Below, in pieces: positions 1 to 20,983 of a DNA stretch of 64,000 nucleotides. Positions within the stretch are counted from its first letter, which is position 1; every line of letters begins with the position of its first letter. Below the pieces are notes generated by a model. It worked only from the letters and a program-made list of their open reading frames with translations, had not been told where the DNA came from and did no database searches. Source of the DNA: Antedon mediterranea (taxonomy: Eukaryota > Animalia > Echinodermata). The DNA is taken from the NCBI RefSeq assembly GCF_964355755.1, contig NC_092676.1, forward strand, positions 26,306,871-26,370,870, written 5' to 3'. Made by a program: the position numbers and the translations under genes.

Positions 1-53
1 CTTTGTTTTTTATTATTCGATTGTCATTTTTATGATCTATATTAAGCTGATTA

Positions 54-290
54 CCAGTGATAGGGCGGAGGTTTTTGGCAGAAAAGACCAGTGATAGGGC
101 GGAGGTTTTGGGCAGAAAAGACCAGTGATAGGGCGGAGGTTTTGGGCAGAAAAGACCAATGATAGGGCGGAGGTTTCGGGCGGAAAAGACCAGTGATAGG
201 GCGGAGGTTTTGGGCGGAAAAGACCAGTGATAGGGCGGGGTTTTGGGCGGAAAAGACCAGTGATAGGGCGGAGGTTTTGGGCGGAAAAGA
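54..290. repeat. 34-bp G-rich minisatellite, 7 copies (CCAGTGATAGGGCGGAGGTTTTGGGCGGAAAAGA)
   Basis: Seven near-identical head-to-tail units read directly; one is 33 bp. Confidence 0.95.
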
Positions 291-1820
291 AGATTTTAAA
301 TATTTCTACATAGCCTACTATGCAGTACAGTAATAATTAGTTTTTTTATATCTTTTAATTTATACTATGTACCAAAAGATTTGGTTAATTAGTCCAACTG
401 ACTATGAACTTATTTAATTAGTGACTTGTACATTTTCACACCAAAACACCGGGGTGTCTCCAGAGTTTTGCCTTTGGTGTGGAAGGGTTATTACACTATG
501 TACTTAGTCAAGTTGACTGACTGAGTAAGTCACTAATTAACTAAGTCCAGCTGACTATGAACTTAGACAAGTTGATTAAGTCTAGTTTATCATTCTCCTT
601 TAAGTCTAGTCAACTAACCAATTAACTTAGTACTGTATAGCTGATTGTAGACTATATACACTATACACATTAGGTGATGAAATGTGTTTATTCAGTCCAG
701 CTATAAGTTGGCAATAAGTTAATTAAGTACAAGACTGCCATTTCTTCTGTCCCCAACCATAATGGAGTGGAAGTTAGCAAAGTCTTACCACCAGTCAGGG
801 GCCTTTCTTAATAATTCTTGATTAAATTATTTCACCTTCGTAATCACTAATCACATACATTTATAATATGTATATATTTATATAGTAGTAAAAATGCAAT
901 ATTTCTTGTAAAGTTTCTATTCTATAAACACTGTATAGTGTACTCAAGGTGTGAAAAAAAAAGCAAGTATTAATTTTTATTTGGTTTTATTTATAAATAA
1001 CAAAGGCAAAAGTGACACATAGAACTATTTATATAATAATGATACAGCTATCGTACTTCCAAATAATTATCTGCGTATTCAGTTTTATTATATCAAAGCA
1101 ATAGGTTTTTCTGCCTTGACAGAGTTAGAACATGTTATATATAATTTCTTAAATGTTCAGTAGAAATAGAATGCCACATTTTTATCATTAAAAGAGGATT
1201 GACTCAATTAATATATTGTAAACAAATACAAGAAAGTGAAAAAAGAAAAACATAATATAATTTGGTTAAAATTTGATTCCTCTTTTGTGGAACAGCTCAC
1301 TTTTAGTTCAAAATTAACAGTTGTGAAGATATATCTTGAAATTTCTTCTGCATTTCACTTTTTTTTTATTCAGCCACTTTCCACACAACAAGCACAGTAT
1401 ATATTTTGAAATATATGTAATAAAAAAATAAACATGTAGAATTAAAATGAGTCAGTTTTGATTTTATGTAAGAAAAATAATATTCAAAAAAAAAAAATGT
1501 TCCAAAGTTTCGTCTATAAAAAAAAAATGATGTGCCCATATGGACATGATGACGTCATATCACTACCATATTTGGGCACATCACACTTTTTTGTCAAACT
1601 AGTTTGATAGTGTTCAGTGAGCCTAACAAAGAAAATGTATATTCTTTGTTAAAATATCTGTTCCTTTAGTTTATTATATTGAAAGATGATGGTTATAAAT
1701 AGCAGCGAATAACGTCGTGCGAATGTCATTCTCTTTATCCGATTGTCCCGAAGTTTCCCCGTATTCTCTGTTTTATATACGTGAAAGGAGTTTTACTCAG
1801 TTGCATCCGTTTGCTCGTAA

Positions 1821-2018
1821 AGCCTGTTTTCCTGTCGACAATAATCGGTGATCTTCTACGTAAACATTGAAATGGTAACGATTTACAGGAAAAGGTACTC
1901 GCTATTATCATTTCAACTTGATCGTTTTCAAACGATCGTCGTTGAACTTGTAACGATTAACGATGATAGCGTCGATTAACGATGATAGCGTCGACTAACG
2001 TCGACAGGAAAACAGCCT
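1821..2018. mobile_element. MITE with 19-bp TIRs and TAA target duplication (PIF/Harbinger-like)
   Basis: AGCCTGTTTTCCTGTCGAC ... GTCGACAGGAAAACAGCCT (1 mismatch), TAA on both sides, internal 21-bp tandem repeat. Lies just downstream of the RFX4 stop. Confidence 0.75.
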
Positions 2019-2061
2019 TAAACAAAATTCCATTATCTCAATATTGTTCTGGCGAATTCCT

Positions 2062-5000
2062 TTACGAGTATGTATTTGGAAATAAAGGCATATTATTACT
2101 ATTAGTAGATGTCATATTTCTTTCAAATGGTAACTGATACATATTTCTGTCCTTCGGCGAATTGTTTCTCGTAATCTGATGAGTTTTCTTTTTTCTCTCT
2201 CTTTTCCTTAACGAAGATGATGAATCTGAGAAACCATGCTGATACAGTTGTCGTACAGAATTTGTCGAACTGGTATCGGTCTATGAGAAAAATAATACAG
2301 TTTTTTTATTTTCGTTATTTTCGCCATTTGTCCCACGAGGCTGCACAATTATTATTATTGTATAGGTCTATTAATACAAAAATTGTGTGATTAAAAAGGT
2401 GGTAAGTCAAAATTGGCGTTCTGTAAGACTAACTTGTAGGTAGGCTAATAAATAAATTACAGGTTTATGCGCATTAAAATGCTGATGAAATGGTACCTAA
2501 TTTTGTTACAGGGGCGTATATTTATTGGTGTTGAAAATGAAGCTAGCTGCGTTCGCTTTTGAACGCAGCACACAACGCAGTACACAAAACGGAAGAAGTG
2601 CGCACCGCAAATAATTTCGATCATGGAACTGTCGCTTGTGATTGGTTAGCTCACTTACGTTATGTTGCGTCCAAATGGAAACTAATTATAATAAACCGTA
2701 CAATGATTTACCTGGTTTGAATGTGAATGATAGAACGCATCATAAATGATGTCACTCATTACTGGTTTATTGAATTGCTCATGTGAAACATAGTTGCTAC
2801 CGCGTTCGTTACTTGGTGAAATGTTATCAACTTGTTCCAATATATTTTTACTTTCAAAGACATTTGGGGGGAAAAGATTGTTGGAATACGGTGAACTGTA
2901 TGACGTGTCAAAAGTATCTGGCACTGATTGCTTTTCTGTAAATAAAGTTAAAAACATGTTTTTTCAGGAAAGACGTATATGTCTGTCCACAATTTAGTCC
3001 AGTTGCTTGATGAAGCGTGTTAATTTTTTTTTCATACGCATCCAACAGCGAGGAATAAATTATGGATAAACTATTTATTCATTTATCATGCTTTAAACTA
3101 AGTCTCACTTGAGGCTTAGGGAGTGGAGTCTGCACTAGGTCAGGATTGAACCCCGGAATTTGGGATTGGAGGGCAAGCATGTTAACCACCAAGCTATCCT
3201 TACCTACAAATGTTTGTCGTTTGAGTCCTTCCTTCATATCGTCTGCTCTTGATTGGGCCAATAGCATTCCAATAGTGTATGTGACGTAGTCATCAAACAT
3301 CAAATGTATTAAATGATAAGATCCTAATAAACAAAATAATACATATACACGTAATTACAATAAGAATGATTTGTGAGACAAGCGTTACGAGTAAAAGATT
3401 GATCAAAAACATACCAAAACTGGGAGCACTGTGTAAGGTAAGGTCACGTATGATTCGCGTACTGACACTGGACCAGTTTAATAAAAAGCACCTTGCGAGT
3501 TTTTGTAACTTCTGAGAACTTTCTGTTGATGGCTAAAAGATTTTTAAGAAAAATTATTATTACTTACTTATTTATTTATGCCTACTTACTTACTTAGGCC
3601 TATTTATTTTTGTTTTTACAGAAACATTGAAATATTAATATATATTCTCTAGATTCTTAAGATTCAATATTTCGACAATGTGTTTAATAAAACAAATTGG
3701 CCCGTAGACCTACTGTATATTGTACTTTTTGTTTATTTTTACTGTATTTGTACACCATACCTGGACAATACATCTTTTTATAATTGAATCCAGCCATTCT
3801 GTGTATGCCTCTATCGATGCATGCTCATCCAGTAAGCATCCAAATTCTTGATAAACTAATAAAAAAGACAAAAATCTTTATAAGAATGAAATGGCAGAAA
3901 CTTTTTAGTTCACGATGTGGCACGTTTATAGTATTACTCCGCCAAATTGCAGACTACATGATCGGGACTATTGACCAATCAGATCAATGGATTTTTTGGT
4001 TAGCAGTCTGGCGATTTTTTTGACTGTACATGGGAGCATAAGCGAGTCAAAATGGTGAGTAATATACTGTTTTTGTAATGTTTATATACACAATACATGT
4101 ATATTATATTTGTTATGTTATTTAAGATACAAAATATGTAGTCAAATTTAGATTTAGGTAGTTATATAACTATAGATGACTAGATTTTGCTAGGCCTCTG
4201 CTTAGATTGTTCACGTACGCGTAGCGTGCTTAGCGGCTCGAGCATGGTCTTACTTACCATTTTTCTGAGCTTAGCCTAGCAATTCTGTTTCTTCGCACTT
4301 ATGTAGGCCTACTAATGTGCTTATTTTATATGTTATATTTTCAATGTTATTTAAAACACATTGAATGTATTCATAGGACAAATTAGTTAATTAAATAGTA
4401 GGCCTGGCTACTAGAATGTGCTAGGCCTCTTCCAAATTCTAGGCCTACATGCGTCGTACTTTTAGCGCCTCTCTGTGGGTGAGGCCGCTGATCTTATCGA
4501 ATCACTGGGTGTAGCCTAGTTAAAATAATTTAGAGCTACTGTTTGCTGACAGTCAGACAGTATAATCGTTGTAACACTTACTATCATTGATTAATACCAC
4601 TGTATCTTCACATCTCTGTTCGCCTAATGTGTACATAGTCTGTTGTAAGATGTCTGGAAAGTCTACAAGTTCCCAATCCTCTAACATTTGAGATACTATA
4701 TCAGAATTATTGATTACAGTCTTTGACGCCTGTAATACAACAAACAAAATAATAAGAAAACAATACTGCTGCTTTAGTATGTCAATCTTTCTGTACCTTT
4801 ATGGTACAAAGGTAAATAATGTGTTTGTGTTTAACTACGTCGTATTTAAGATGTATTTATTCATGCCCTATAACCCACTGTTATTTATGTTAATGTAGAC
4901 TTACCTGGCATAGATGATTAAGTGAAGTTTGAAGCTTTAATAGTTCCGTGAACCCCTTTGAAACTAAAAAATAAATCAAATATTATACACACTTATAATT

Positions 5001-8000
5001 ATCTTCAAAATAATCGAACATATTATTATATGTGACTTAGGTGTAGGATCTTTCAGCGGGTTATGCGTAGAGTTGGAGTGTAAAAGTTTAGTTTGTGTCA
5101 ACGAATTGTTCGAGAAAATAAAACGTTTTTCAGGGGAAAAAAAGAACATAAGAGTGTCATTTTCATGCATCGGCTTCACATTCCTTGAGACCCTAGATTT
5201 ACCTTGAAATTTAACCGATCTTAAGTTCTCTGGTAGATTACTGAGGGAGAATTTCAGCCAGTCATCAAGCTCGTATGCAAATTTCCGAATCACCTGTGTC
5301 AGGCTATCTGGTAGAGCTTGCACTACAGACGGCATCAGAACGCTTGCTATGGCCTGTAAGATTAGAATTAGGAGAACATAAAGCTCTGTCTACACTATCA
5401 AACTAGATTTAAAATGTGTGATGTGCCCAAATATGGTGGTGATATGCCCAAAATGGTAGTGATATGACATCATCATGTCCATTATAGGCACATTTTTTTT
5501 GTCACGTTCAGTTTAATAGTGTAGATAGAGCTTTAAAATAAGAATGTTATAAATGTGTTCTTAATGTTTACTTTTTGAATCCCATTATTGTTTGTGTATT
5601 GCAAATTACCGATTGAATTTGCGATTGTTTTGTCTTAGCGTTTTGTGGCGTGAGGCCCCATTTATTTTCAGCATAATATGCTGATTCAGGTTATCTTCAT
5701 TACACAAGGTTCAATACAAACATTAAATTACCAAAATACCTTGTATAGAATTGAATCGCAAACGCCGACAATATTAACGACGGCAGTCGAACCAAGTATT
5801 GGTACAATGTGGGATGGCATTCCTTGCCAGAAATGAAGTAAATAGCTCTGAACTTCGTCAAAATTAGCTCGTATTACAGTATCCAATATTCGTTGACAGT
5901 GTGTTCTGTACATCATGATGAACGTTGAAACCTGTAGTTAATGTATACAATGTTATCACAATTGTTTTCATCATAATCATTATTGTCATCATCATTATCA
6001 TCATCATCCTATGTCATCATCATCATCATAATGTCATCATCATCATCACCATCACCATCATCATGTCATCATCAATCATCACCTTCATCCACCATCATCA
6101 TCTTCACCACCGTCATTATGTCATCATCATCTTCACCACCATCATCTTCACCACCATCATTATGTCATCATCATCTTCACCATCATCATCTTCACCACCA
6201 TCATTATGTCATCATCATCTTCACCATCATCATCTTCACCACCATCATTATGTCATCATCATCTTCACCATCATCATCTTCACCACCATCATTATGTCAT
6301 CATCATCTTCACCATCATAATAATAATAGTTCATTCTTATATACAGTAGCGCTCTACAAGCAAGCTTCTCTAAGCGCTGAACATTATTCCCCAGTCATTT
6401 TTTGGATCAAACACGTATGGAAACATACTCCCATAATGCAGCTAGTAATCAGCGCAAAGTTGTGTCTTGATCTAACCGGGTACCCATTTACACACCTTCA
6501 TCTTCACCATCATCATCACCATCATCATCTTCACCACCACCATATGTCATCATCATCTTCACCATCATCATCTTCACCACCATCATATGTCATCATCATC
6601 TTCACCATCATCATCTTCACCATCATCATCATCACCATCATCATCTTCACCACCACCACCATAATGTCATCATCATCTTCACCATCATCATCTTCACCAC
6701 CACCATAATGTCATCATCATCTTCACCATCATCATCTTTACCACCATCATAATGTCATCATCATCTTCACCACCACCATCATCAGCTTCACCAGCACCAC
6801 CCTAATAATTATTAGCGAATTATATTCACCAATTTCGCCTTTACGCCATTTTATTAATACAGTGATCGTCAATTGCTAACTTAATTAATTACTATTAAAA
6901 AAATAAACAACCTTGGTTTCGGATACATTTGGTGGTAGAACGATATCTTTTATATCTGGAAATTCTGGCAGAAGAGTTCCGAGCTTCGATCGAGGTGAGT
7001 AAGCAATGTTTTGTTTTCCTGAATCCTTCTTGGTTGATTCACTCCCAACACTAAAATGAAAATGATAAATAATGACGCAAATTCTTAATCTTATCTGTTA
7101 TTTCAATGCTGTGATCTTGAGTTAATTTCACTTCGTGGGTTTTTTACGCATACCTATACCAATTAAACACAATCTGTTGTCGAATATGCTACAATGGAAT
7201 TATGCTTGTAAGTGACAATGAATTGTGATGCAAAACGAAAAAAAATCCTACCCTGTTACACCGTTCTTTGAATAAACAGCTTCGTAATACGCTGACGATT
7301 CTCGAATGGCTATACCATAATAATGATACCTAAATTAAAACAATATATTATATTCTTCATCATAAATACCTATGTTTTATATACACACTCACAACACAAT
7401 CATATTGATTGTTGTGACTTCCACCAATACAATTATAATGATGGCTCAGAGGAAAAGAGAATTGAAATAACGAACATTAGTATTAATATAATGATATTGT
7501 TTCTTACTTGGACTGGCCTCTTGTTCCTAAACGTCTTGTAGTTAGTTGAGAAAATTGTTGACGTATAATCTAATGAAGAAAAAACGGTAAATTTAGCAAT
7601 GATTTGGCTTAAGTGCTATTTATTAGTAATGTAATGTAATGTTGTTGCTGAGAGAAAAAACAGAAAAAAATTACAAACAAAAAAGATGGGTTTTTAAGAG
7701 TTTTTAAAAGATCTTGCTTAGACACCCGAGTCCAATAACAAACTTGGGATCGGAATTTTCAAATTTTTCGAAACTGTAGTTCAACTCTTAGGAGAACATT
7801 CAACTTTTTATGAGACCCACACAAGTAAAACGTGAGATTACCTTTCCAAAACTGGCAGCGTTCACGGGTACCGTGTCTGTTTTCTCACAGAAATCTAAAT
7901 AATGCAAATATAACGAACTTCTCGGGATGCACACTCCTTGCGCGAGTTCGTAGTTTTCATCAAGCCACTCGAGGGTTAGCGGCGTGGAATGTGGCTTGCT

Positions 8001-8851
8001 TCCTTTGGACCTACGCCTTTGTACCTCTACAGAAAGATTAAATAAACGTCTTGTTTAGTGAAGCTCTCTGTCCACACTATCAAACTTTATGTGACAACAA
8101 AATGTGATGTGACCATATCACTACCATATTTGGGGATATCAATACCATATTTGAGCACACCACACTTTTTTTTGTCAAACTAGTTTGATAGTGTAGACAG
8201 AGCTTAACGCATGTGGGTTTAACTGCATCAAACAGAACTTAGTTCCCACAAACCCATTATAATTACACCGAGCATCTAGCATTGTCTTCTTGTTTACACG
8301 CAGATTCTACGTTTAACACCTTCAACAAAACCTTAGTGTAAGGATAAGCATTCTAACCCTGCGCTAAGGGGCTAACATTCTTTAATATCCATGAGAAAGA
8401 AACTCAATTCAACTCTTCAATTGTCATTTTTGTCATCAAGGAGTACCATTAGGCACCTGTATATACATATAAGTTTCATTGTATTTATTAAAGTTTAACA
8501 AAATTATTTTTGTTACTCCAAATCATGTTTAAACAAATTTGCTGTCGTTAATATAAATTAAAGATTAATCACAATATTTAATTTGCGGTTAGTGTTCGTT
8601 AAAAAAAAACACGAAAAGCGAAAAGAGAAAAAAACAGCATCCGCATGCTTCTTGTATATATTAATTTGTTTACAAAATACAGGATTTTTTTGATTTCAAA
8701 TCAATATGATCAATATGAATCAATAATAATCAATATGATCAATAAGAATCAATAATAATCAATATTATTAATAATCACATATTAATAATCATATCAATAT
8801 AATAATATAAATATAAATATTATTATTACCTTTGAATGCCTCGAGCTCCAT
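2062..8851 (-). CDS. RFX4: RFX winged-helix transcription factor, RFX4 ortholog (~603 aa, 14 coding exons)
   Basis: Exons: 8830-8851 (tentative first, MELEAFK), 7842-8026, 7508-7569, 7252-7329, 6912-7050, 5740-5931, 5203-5353, 4905-4963, 4582-4729, 3761-3855, 3415-3532, 3204-3323, 2712-2935, 2062-2280; all GT-AG and phase-compatible. DBD reads [80 protein letters not shown] boxes [18 protein letters not shown] and LLHFWQG; dimerisation domain [25 protein letters not shown]. Confidence 0.92.
5970..6800. repeat. Compound (CAT/CAC)n microsatellite with higher-order repeats, in RFX4 intron 5932-6911
   Basis: CATCATCTTCACCACCAT-type units in two blocks (~5970-6320, ~6495-6800). Confidence 0.95.
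6316..6497 (-). mobile_element. Truncated 3' fragment of a SINE/LINE interrupting the microsatellite
   Basis: Unique sequence ending in a (TTA)n tail on the minus strand; the GGTACCCATTTACACACCT motif resembles invertebrate retroposon 3' regions (from memory). Confidence 0.45.
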
Positions 8852-9244
8852 ATTTTATATATTTTCACTGCCCTACAAAATAATAACACCAACCTTGACA
8901 TTGTAAAACAATTAGGTATTTATTTAAATATTATTATATCCCTAAGATCAGTTGATTCATAAATGTTATCCCATAATAATAATAACCGTATACATGACGT
9001 AGTATTATTTCCTTAAAGGATAGTGTAGGAATAATCCTAAATATATTTATTTAGGCATATGTAAAATATTATAAAGAATATTTATATTAATAGTCTAATT
9101 AATCATTTTTTATTGTAGAGAGATTGATAGGCACTCTCTAAACTCTTGGACCTCCGCTTATTAATAGTAGGGCCTAGGCCTAAGGGTAAAAAATTACAAT
9201 ATGCGTATATCCAACGTTACGTATCATAAGCTTGAGTGTGTTTA

Positions 9245-9430
9245 GTAAGTAATAGTAAGTAATATTTATTGCTTTCCAAATACAGTACAAATAAATAAAA
9301 CAGTATAATGTAAATGAAATAAAAAGAGAAACATTAAATATAAAAATACAAGACTAGACAAGAAAATAAGCATGGAAAGCAGGGGATGGCCCTTTAAGCC
9401 TAGAGGCTTGTTTCCAAAGGGGTCCGCACG
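9245..9430 (-). mobile_element. Short 3' end of an L2/CR1-type retroposon
   Basis: Minus strand reads GGACCCCTTTGGAAACAAGCCTCTAGGCTT, then a T-rich stretch, AATAAA and a short (TTAC)n tail. Confidence 0.45.
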
Positions 9431-10675
9431 AAACAATATGTCTAGTGCACACTAATAGTCGAAGCGTAAACTTTGATTTTGATGTCAGTGTCGCTGTATC
9501 AAGCTCTACGCTCGGCTCAAAGTTTTAAAGTTCGTTGGTTTAGCAAAGTATAAAATCACTGTTGATACTTACACAAACTATTGTAGACCAGGTTTCCTCA
9601 AGATTGAAACACACAAATCGTATCGACTAATGTTGAATCTAACATCGTATACATTAATTCTTCTTCTTCTGGTATATTATGAGATTTACTCCTTTAAAAA
9701 CGGTATGGAAGAAAGGAAGCGTCAATAGAATAAAACTCGATTTAATTTTTAAAAACCGAATCCCAAAGTTTTTACGCGAAGGCCTTAATCACACTTAAAC
9801 GTTGTCTATTAAAAACGCTGTTTCCATCAATCTGAAAAATAAACCACGACTTTTTTTGGAGGGGAAACTATAAGCCTATAGTTTTTTGTTATGATAATGA
9901 GGATATTTGAAGACAGAGAGCTATCTCGACTCTCAGATTACTTAGGTTTAGTCACTGCTATTGTTATTCGCTCAAGTGTTTTTCTTATGTAAACGTGTTT
10001 GTAGAAAGGCCTTTACCTGAAGGTTTCACATAACATACTTATTACAAAAAAACTAAAGCTTACTGATTACTTTTTTCTCTCTCCACAAAAACTAGGAAGT
10101 CTTTTCTCAAAATAATAACAAATAATATAATTGAGTATTCTTCTATAATCGTACTATTTTTAAAAATTAGAAATTTTTTTTTGTATAGGCTAGTAGGCCT
10201 ATAGCCTATATACAAATACATTGTATATTTTGATATTTGATACTTTTGACGAATTTTTAAAATCATTTTATTTAATATTTACTTAATTTTAACTATATTC
10301 CTTAAATGTGTAGTAAAGAACGTCCATTAGACACAACAGGAACAGTATTTGCGGACAATATGGCATCAGCATTTAGCTTTTAATCTCTCGTGTATAATTT
10401 AATTTCTATTATACGCGTATCCTTTATTACTTCATGCAATAAAATACTTCCCCAATAATAACACCTATTCACAGTTAATAGTCATCCTAGTGTTTTGTAT
10501 CTAGAGATAAAATACACAATAGACAATGTCTGTAAATCAAATTCCATGTTAATCTACGAATGAATCTGTATTCTTACATCGGGGTTGAGTCAATAGCACG
10601 AATTCCTGATGCGCGAATTTCGTTTCTTGGCAACCATACAATATATAACAGCCAAGACTAGCTGTTATACCTTAA

Positions 10676-10933
10676 AGGGTACCTCCGGGTTGGAAATCGT
10701 TATACAGTAAAATATAAACATGTCAACATTGATAATATAAATAACAACCCCACTAGATTTTCGATAGCGGTGAAAAAAAAAATGGCCGTTACGAAATAAG
10801 CAGCTTTTTAAAAGTTGCTGCTACAGATATTTTTCAATAGTTAGATGGGTAACTTTTGTGTTAAATGTATTATTCTTTCGATTCATACAATTTATTCTTA
10901 AAGAAAAATGCAAGTCAATCCCGGAGTTAACCT
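10676..10933. mobile_element. Non-autonomous TTAA-flanked DNA transposon (Kolobok-like AG...CT ends)
   Basis: TTAA|AGGGTACCTCCGGGTTG ... CAATCCCGGAGTTAACCT|TTAA. Confidence 0.7.
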
Positions 10934-11098
10934 TTAAGTTCGTGGAAATAAAGATGTTTTTGTTGGCAACAGATTTTATTCACTTATTAAAATAATAATC
11001 CAAAGGCATGGGTATCACTGGCTGGATCTCAATGGAGATACAAAATAAAATAAGCACAAAGCTGAAACAAAACGATAAAGTAAAACAGCCAGAAAAAT

Positions 11099-11170
11099 TA
11101 GCAGAGCTTTCAGGCAACATAGAGATATTATAGTATCTCTATGGGCAACACTAGCCCTTCATCAGTGCAA
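11099..11170 (-). ncRNA. Minimal type I hammerhead ribozyme motif (Penelope-like element remnant), interrupted by a 26-bp palindrome
   Basis: Minus strand: TTGCA-CTGATGA-AGGGC..GCC-TGAAA-GC-TC|TGC. Core boxes CUGAUGA and GAAA, palindromic AGCT stem III, GCA/UGC stem I. Confidence 0.6.
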
Positions 11171-12364
11171 TACTAAAATATTATATATATTTTATGTAAG
11201 AGCGATGTGTTTGAATATTTTCTTTATAATCATCATTACCTTAATGGACAAGCATACAAAAGAAACAATTTCTATCATTGTCTTTGGTCATTTTTTATTC
11301 GATTACAATTACTGGTATCTCCTTAAGTAATATGTTCAACCCATAAAACATAGTAAAATCCTGATGCTTTCTCCATTGAACATCAGAAGAACTGTTATAT
11401 CAAGGCAATCTGCCTTGGTACAGTATAACCGGGAATTACAATATCATAATGCCCGGTTCTAAAGTAAGTGTCCTAGAGGATTTCAACCCTTATGATTAAA
11501 ATAACACACACATTTATTTTTTTATTTCCAATTTCTTATTATACCCTTAAAACATGGTAATAACAAAATAACTATATTATTCATATTCACAAAATAAAAA
11601 CAAATAAAATATAATACATAATCGCATACAATTATTTCACACAAATCTGACGATTAAATAATACAACTCTTACCTACATAAAATAATTAAGACATGCTAT
11701 ATAAGACATGCAATATCACACATGCATTTTAAAATATGCATTTTATATCATAATTATAAAACAATTTCTATCTGCCTTTGGCTATCTGCCAAGAACTTTT
11801 CTCTCAAATTATACATACAGCACCAATAATTGAACTGATTTTGAAAAGAAAATAAACATGAAAGAAACATATTAAGCTTTGTCTACACTATCAAACTTTA
11901 TGTGACAAAAAAAATGAGTGTGCCCATATTATATGGACATGATGATGTCATATCAATACCACATATGAGCATATAAATACCATGGGCATATCGCTACCAT
12001 ATTTGGGCACATCACATTTTTTTTTGCCAAACAAGTTTGATAGTGTAGACAGAGTTTTCAAGTTTACAGAGCAACTGTTTTGGTCATGAACAATAATAAT
12101 CTTTTTAGTAGTTGTATTCTCATAATTTAAAAACCTTGGCACACATTATTATTTGAATTGGATTTTAAATTTTTTTTTTTTTTTAATTCTAATTTTTAGG
12201 GCAATTTCCTCAAGGTTACATAGACAATTAATACTCTTTCAGTGACTTCAGTTATTTATGAATTTCTGACACTTGGTTAGGTTTTTCTTTCCTTTTTCAC
12301 ATCCAGTATCATACACTGCACTGGTGGATATAACCAAATCCATTTACTGCTTACTACTGCTTGT

Positions 12365-19276
<6,912 letters not shown>

Positions 19277-19678
19277 AATTAAAAATGTTTTATTTTCCTA
19301 CAAAAGAAAATGTATAAAAACAAAAATTAGTTGAATATTAACTCTTGATATACCTGGGTAAATTTTGACAGCGTGTACTTTGTATTTAACCAAACTCAGT
19401 CCACAAAATTTGTGCGAGCAGTTTTGTGACTTTGACACCGACTTTGACAAATGTTGGCATGACTCCACAAAATCTTGCACAATACATATTTGGTCTTGGG
19501 AAATGTGTGTACATTTACATTATCTATAGACTATACAATACCATCACTATAACATTTAAGGTGCATTCATTGTTTTAATTAATAATTAAGTTTTTAGATT
19601 GCTTTTAATTTACAACAACAAAATTAATAGGAGTTGAAAGCGAGTACTTTTTCCGTGGGAAAGGTAGGTATTATTTAA

Positions 19679-20030
19679 AGCCCCATTTTCTACATTCTTT
19701 TTAGATTTACGTTTACATTTAATGTAAACAAAATAAATAAATACTATATGGTCCTAGTGCGATAATTGTTTCGGTCTTTAAACGGTTAAAAATAGGGACT
19801 AGAATAGGACGGGAAGCCAGCGCAAGGGCCGGGTGTGTAACTAATATCACGGCTATGTCGACGGTTTTTAATTTTATGCTCTAGCAAAACACATCGCCGT
19901 CCTCACCTAACCATCCTGTTTCATAAAGTCCTTAATGTGAAAAAGTAATTCAATTCTAATAATTTGAGCAGCCCGCAATAAATCCCTCAATTTTTTGAAG
20001 AATTATAATATATGCATAAAGGGATGGGCT
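19679..20030. mobile_element. TTAA-flanked non-autonomous DNA transposon (Kolobok-like)
   Basis: TTAA|AGCCCCAT ... ATGGGCT|TTAA. Confidence 0.6.
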
Positions 20031-20211
20031 TTAAACTACACTAATAATAGGCCTTAGTAATGGATCTTTGAACTTTGTACTGATTACAATTTTTTGATAA
20101 CACTTGACTAGAGATATTCTTAATTATGTAATCTTACTTAATGTACTAGGAAATTAAATATAATTTGTTCAGAATTATTTCCAACACCAAAAATAATGAT
20201 GCAGCATGTTG

Positions 20212-20983
20212 GGTGTCTGATCATTTCGGCCGCCAGTCATTTCGGCCGCCGGTTATGGAATTGCCAAATTCATGAAACGCCAAAAAGGACAAAATATGTA
20301 TTGTTAATTTCGGCCGCCAGAATTGTAATTATTCTTGAATATGTATGACACGCCATGTGTGTTAAAATGTTAATATTTTACTAAATACTGTATTATTAAG
20401 CCGAATCGGCGGTCTTCAATTCCAGAAACAGCAGCGATATTATAGCGTGCACATTGCCATCACTACAGTGAATATTAATGATATTTTTTTAATAAGAAGG
20501 AGGTGATGCTGAAGTTTTTTTTATGTGCCAGTCAAAAACACTTGACTTGATTCATATTAAAAGAAACACATTTTTACAAAGCACACGCATCTTCGGGACT
20601 TAAAAATAAATAAAAAAATAAACATTAAATTAATATTCATTTTGACCAAAATATTCAGACGGTAAAATACTGTAACTAATAATTTTTATAACTTTAAATC
20701 TATGCCTACGGCAAAAACAAAATGTATTTAGCCCATTATTGCACAACTGATCTCTAGTTTAAATGACCATAGTTCTCTGTGGCGTTCCATAGACTTGATA
20801 AAGTTATTTTTTTTCACTGTAATACTGTACAGTTAATGAGTTATTTCTGGCTATTTCAATTTGGCGCGCCATACCTGGCGGCCGAAATGATCATGCCATA
20901 TTTTGTCCTTTTTGGAGTTTCATGAATTTGGGCGTTCCATAACCGGCGGCCGAAATGATTGGCGGCCGAAATGCACTGTGACC
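20212..20983. mobile_element. 772-bp non-autonomous DNA transposon, long TIRs with internal CATTTCGGCCGCC repeats, 8-bp TSD
   Basis: GCATGTTG|GGT ... ACC|GCATGTTG; ~85-bp imperfect inverted ends. Confidence 0.85.

Noticed and set aside
54-290. CRISPR-like periodicity (also 54868-55180)
   Set aside because: Units are contiguous with no unique spacers, there are no cas genes, and the context is eukaryotic.
380-740. Degenerate direct and inverted AGTC/GACT repeats
   Set aside because: Probably a decayed repeat; no definable ends or TSD.
5925-6708. Long His/Ser/Ile-rich ORFs (131 and 241 aa, + strand)
   Set aside because: Artefacts of a stop-free (CAT/CAC)n microsatellite, antisense within an RFX4 intron.
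8260-8456. Extra RFX4 coding exon after the acceptor-like CAG at 8457
   Set aside because: Stops occur soon after in all three frames, and 8830-8851 joins 8026 in phase without it.
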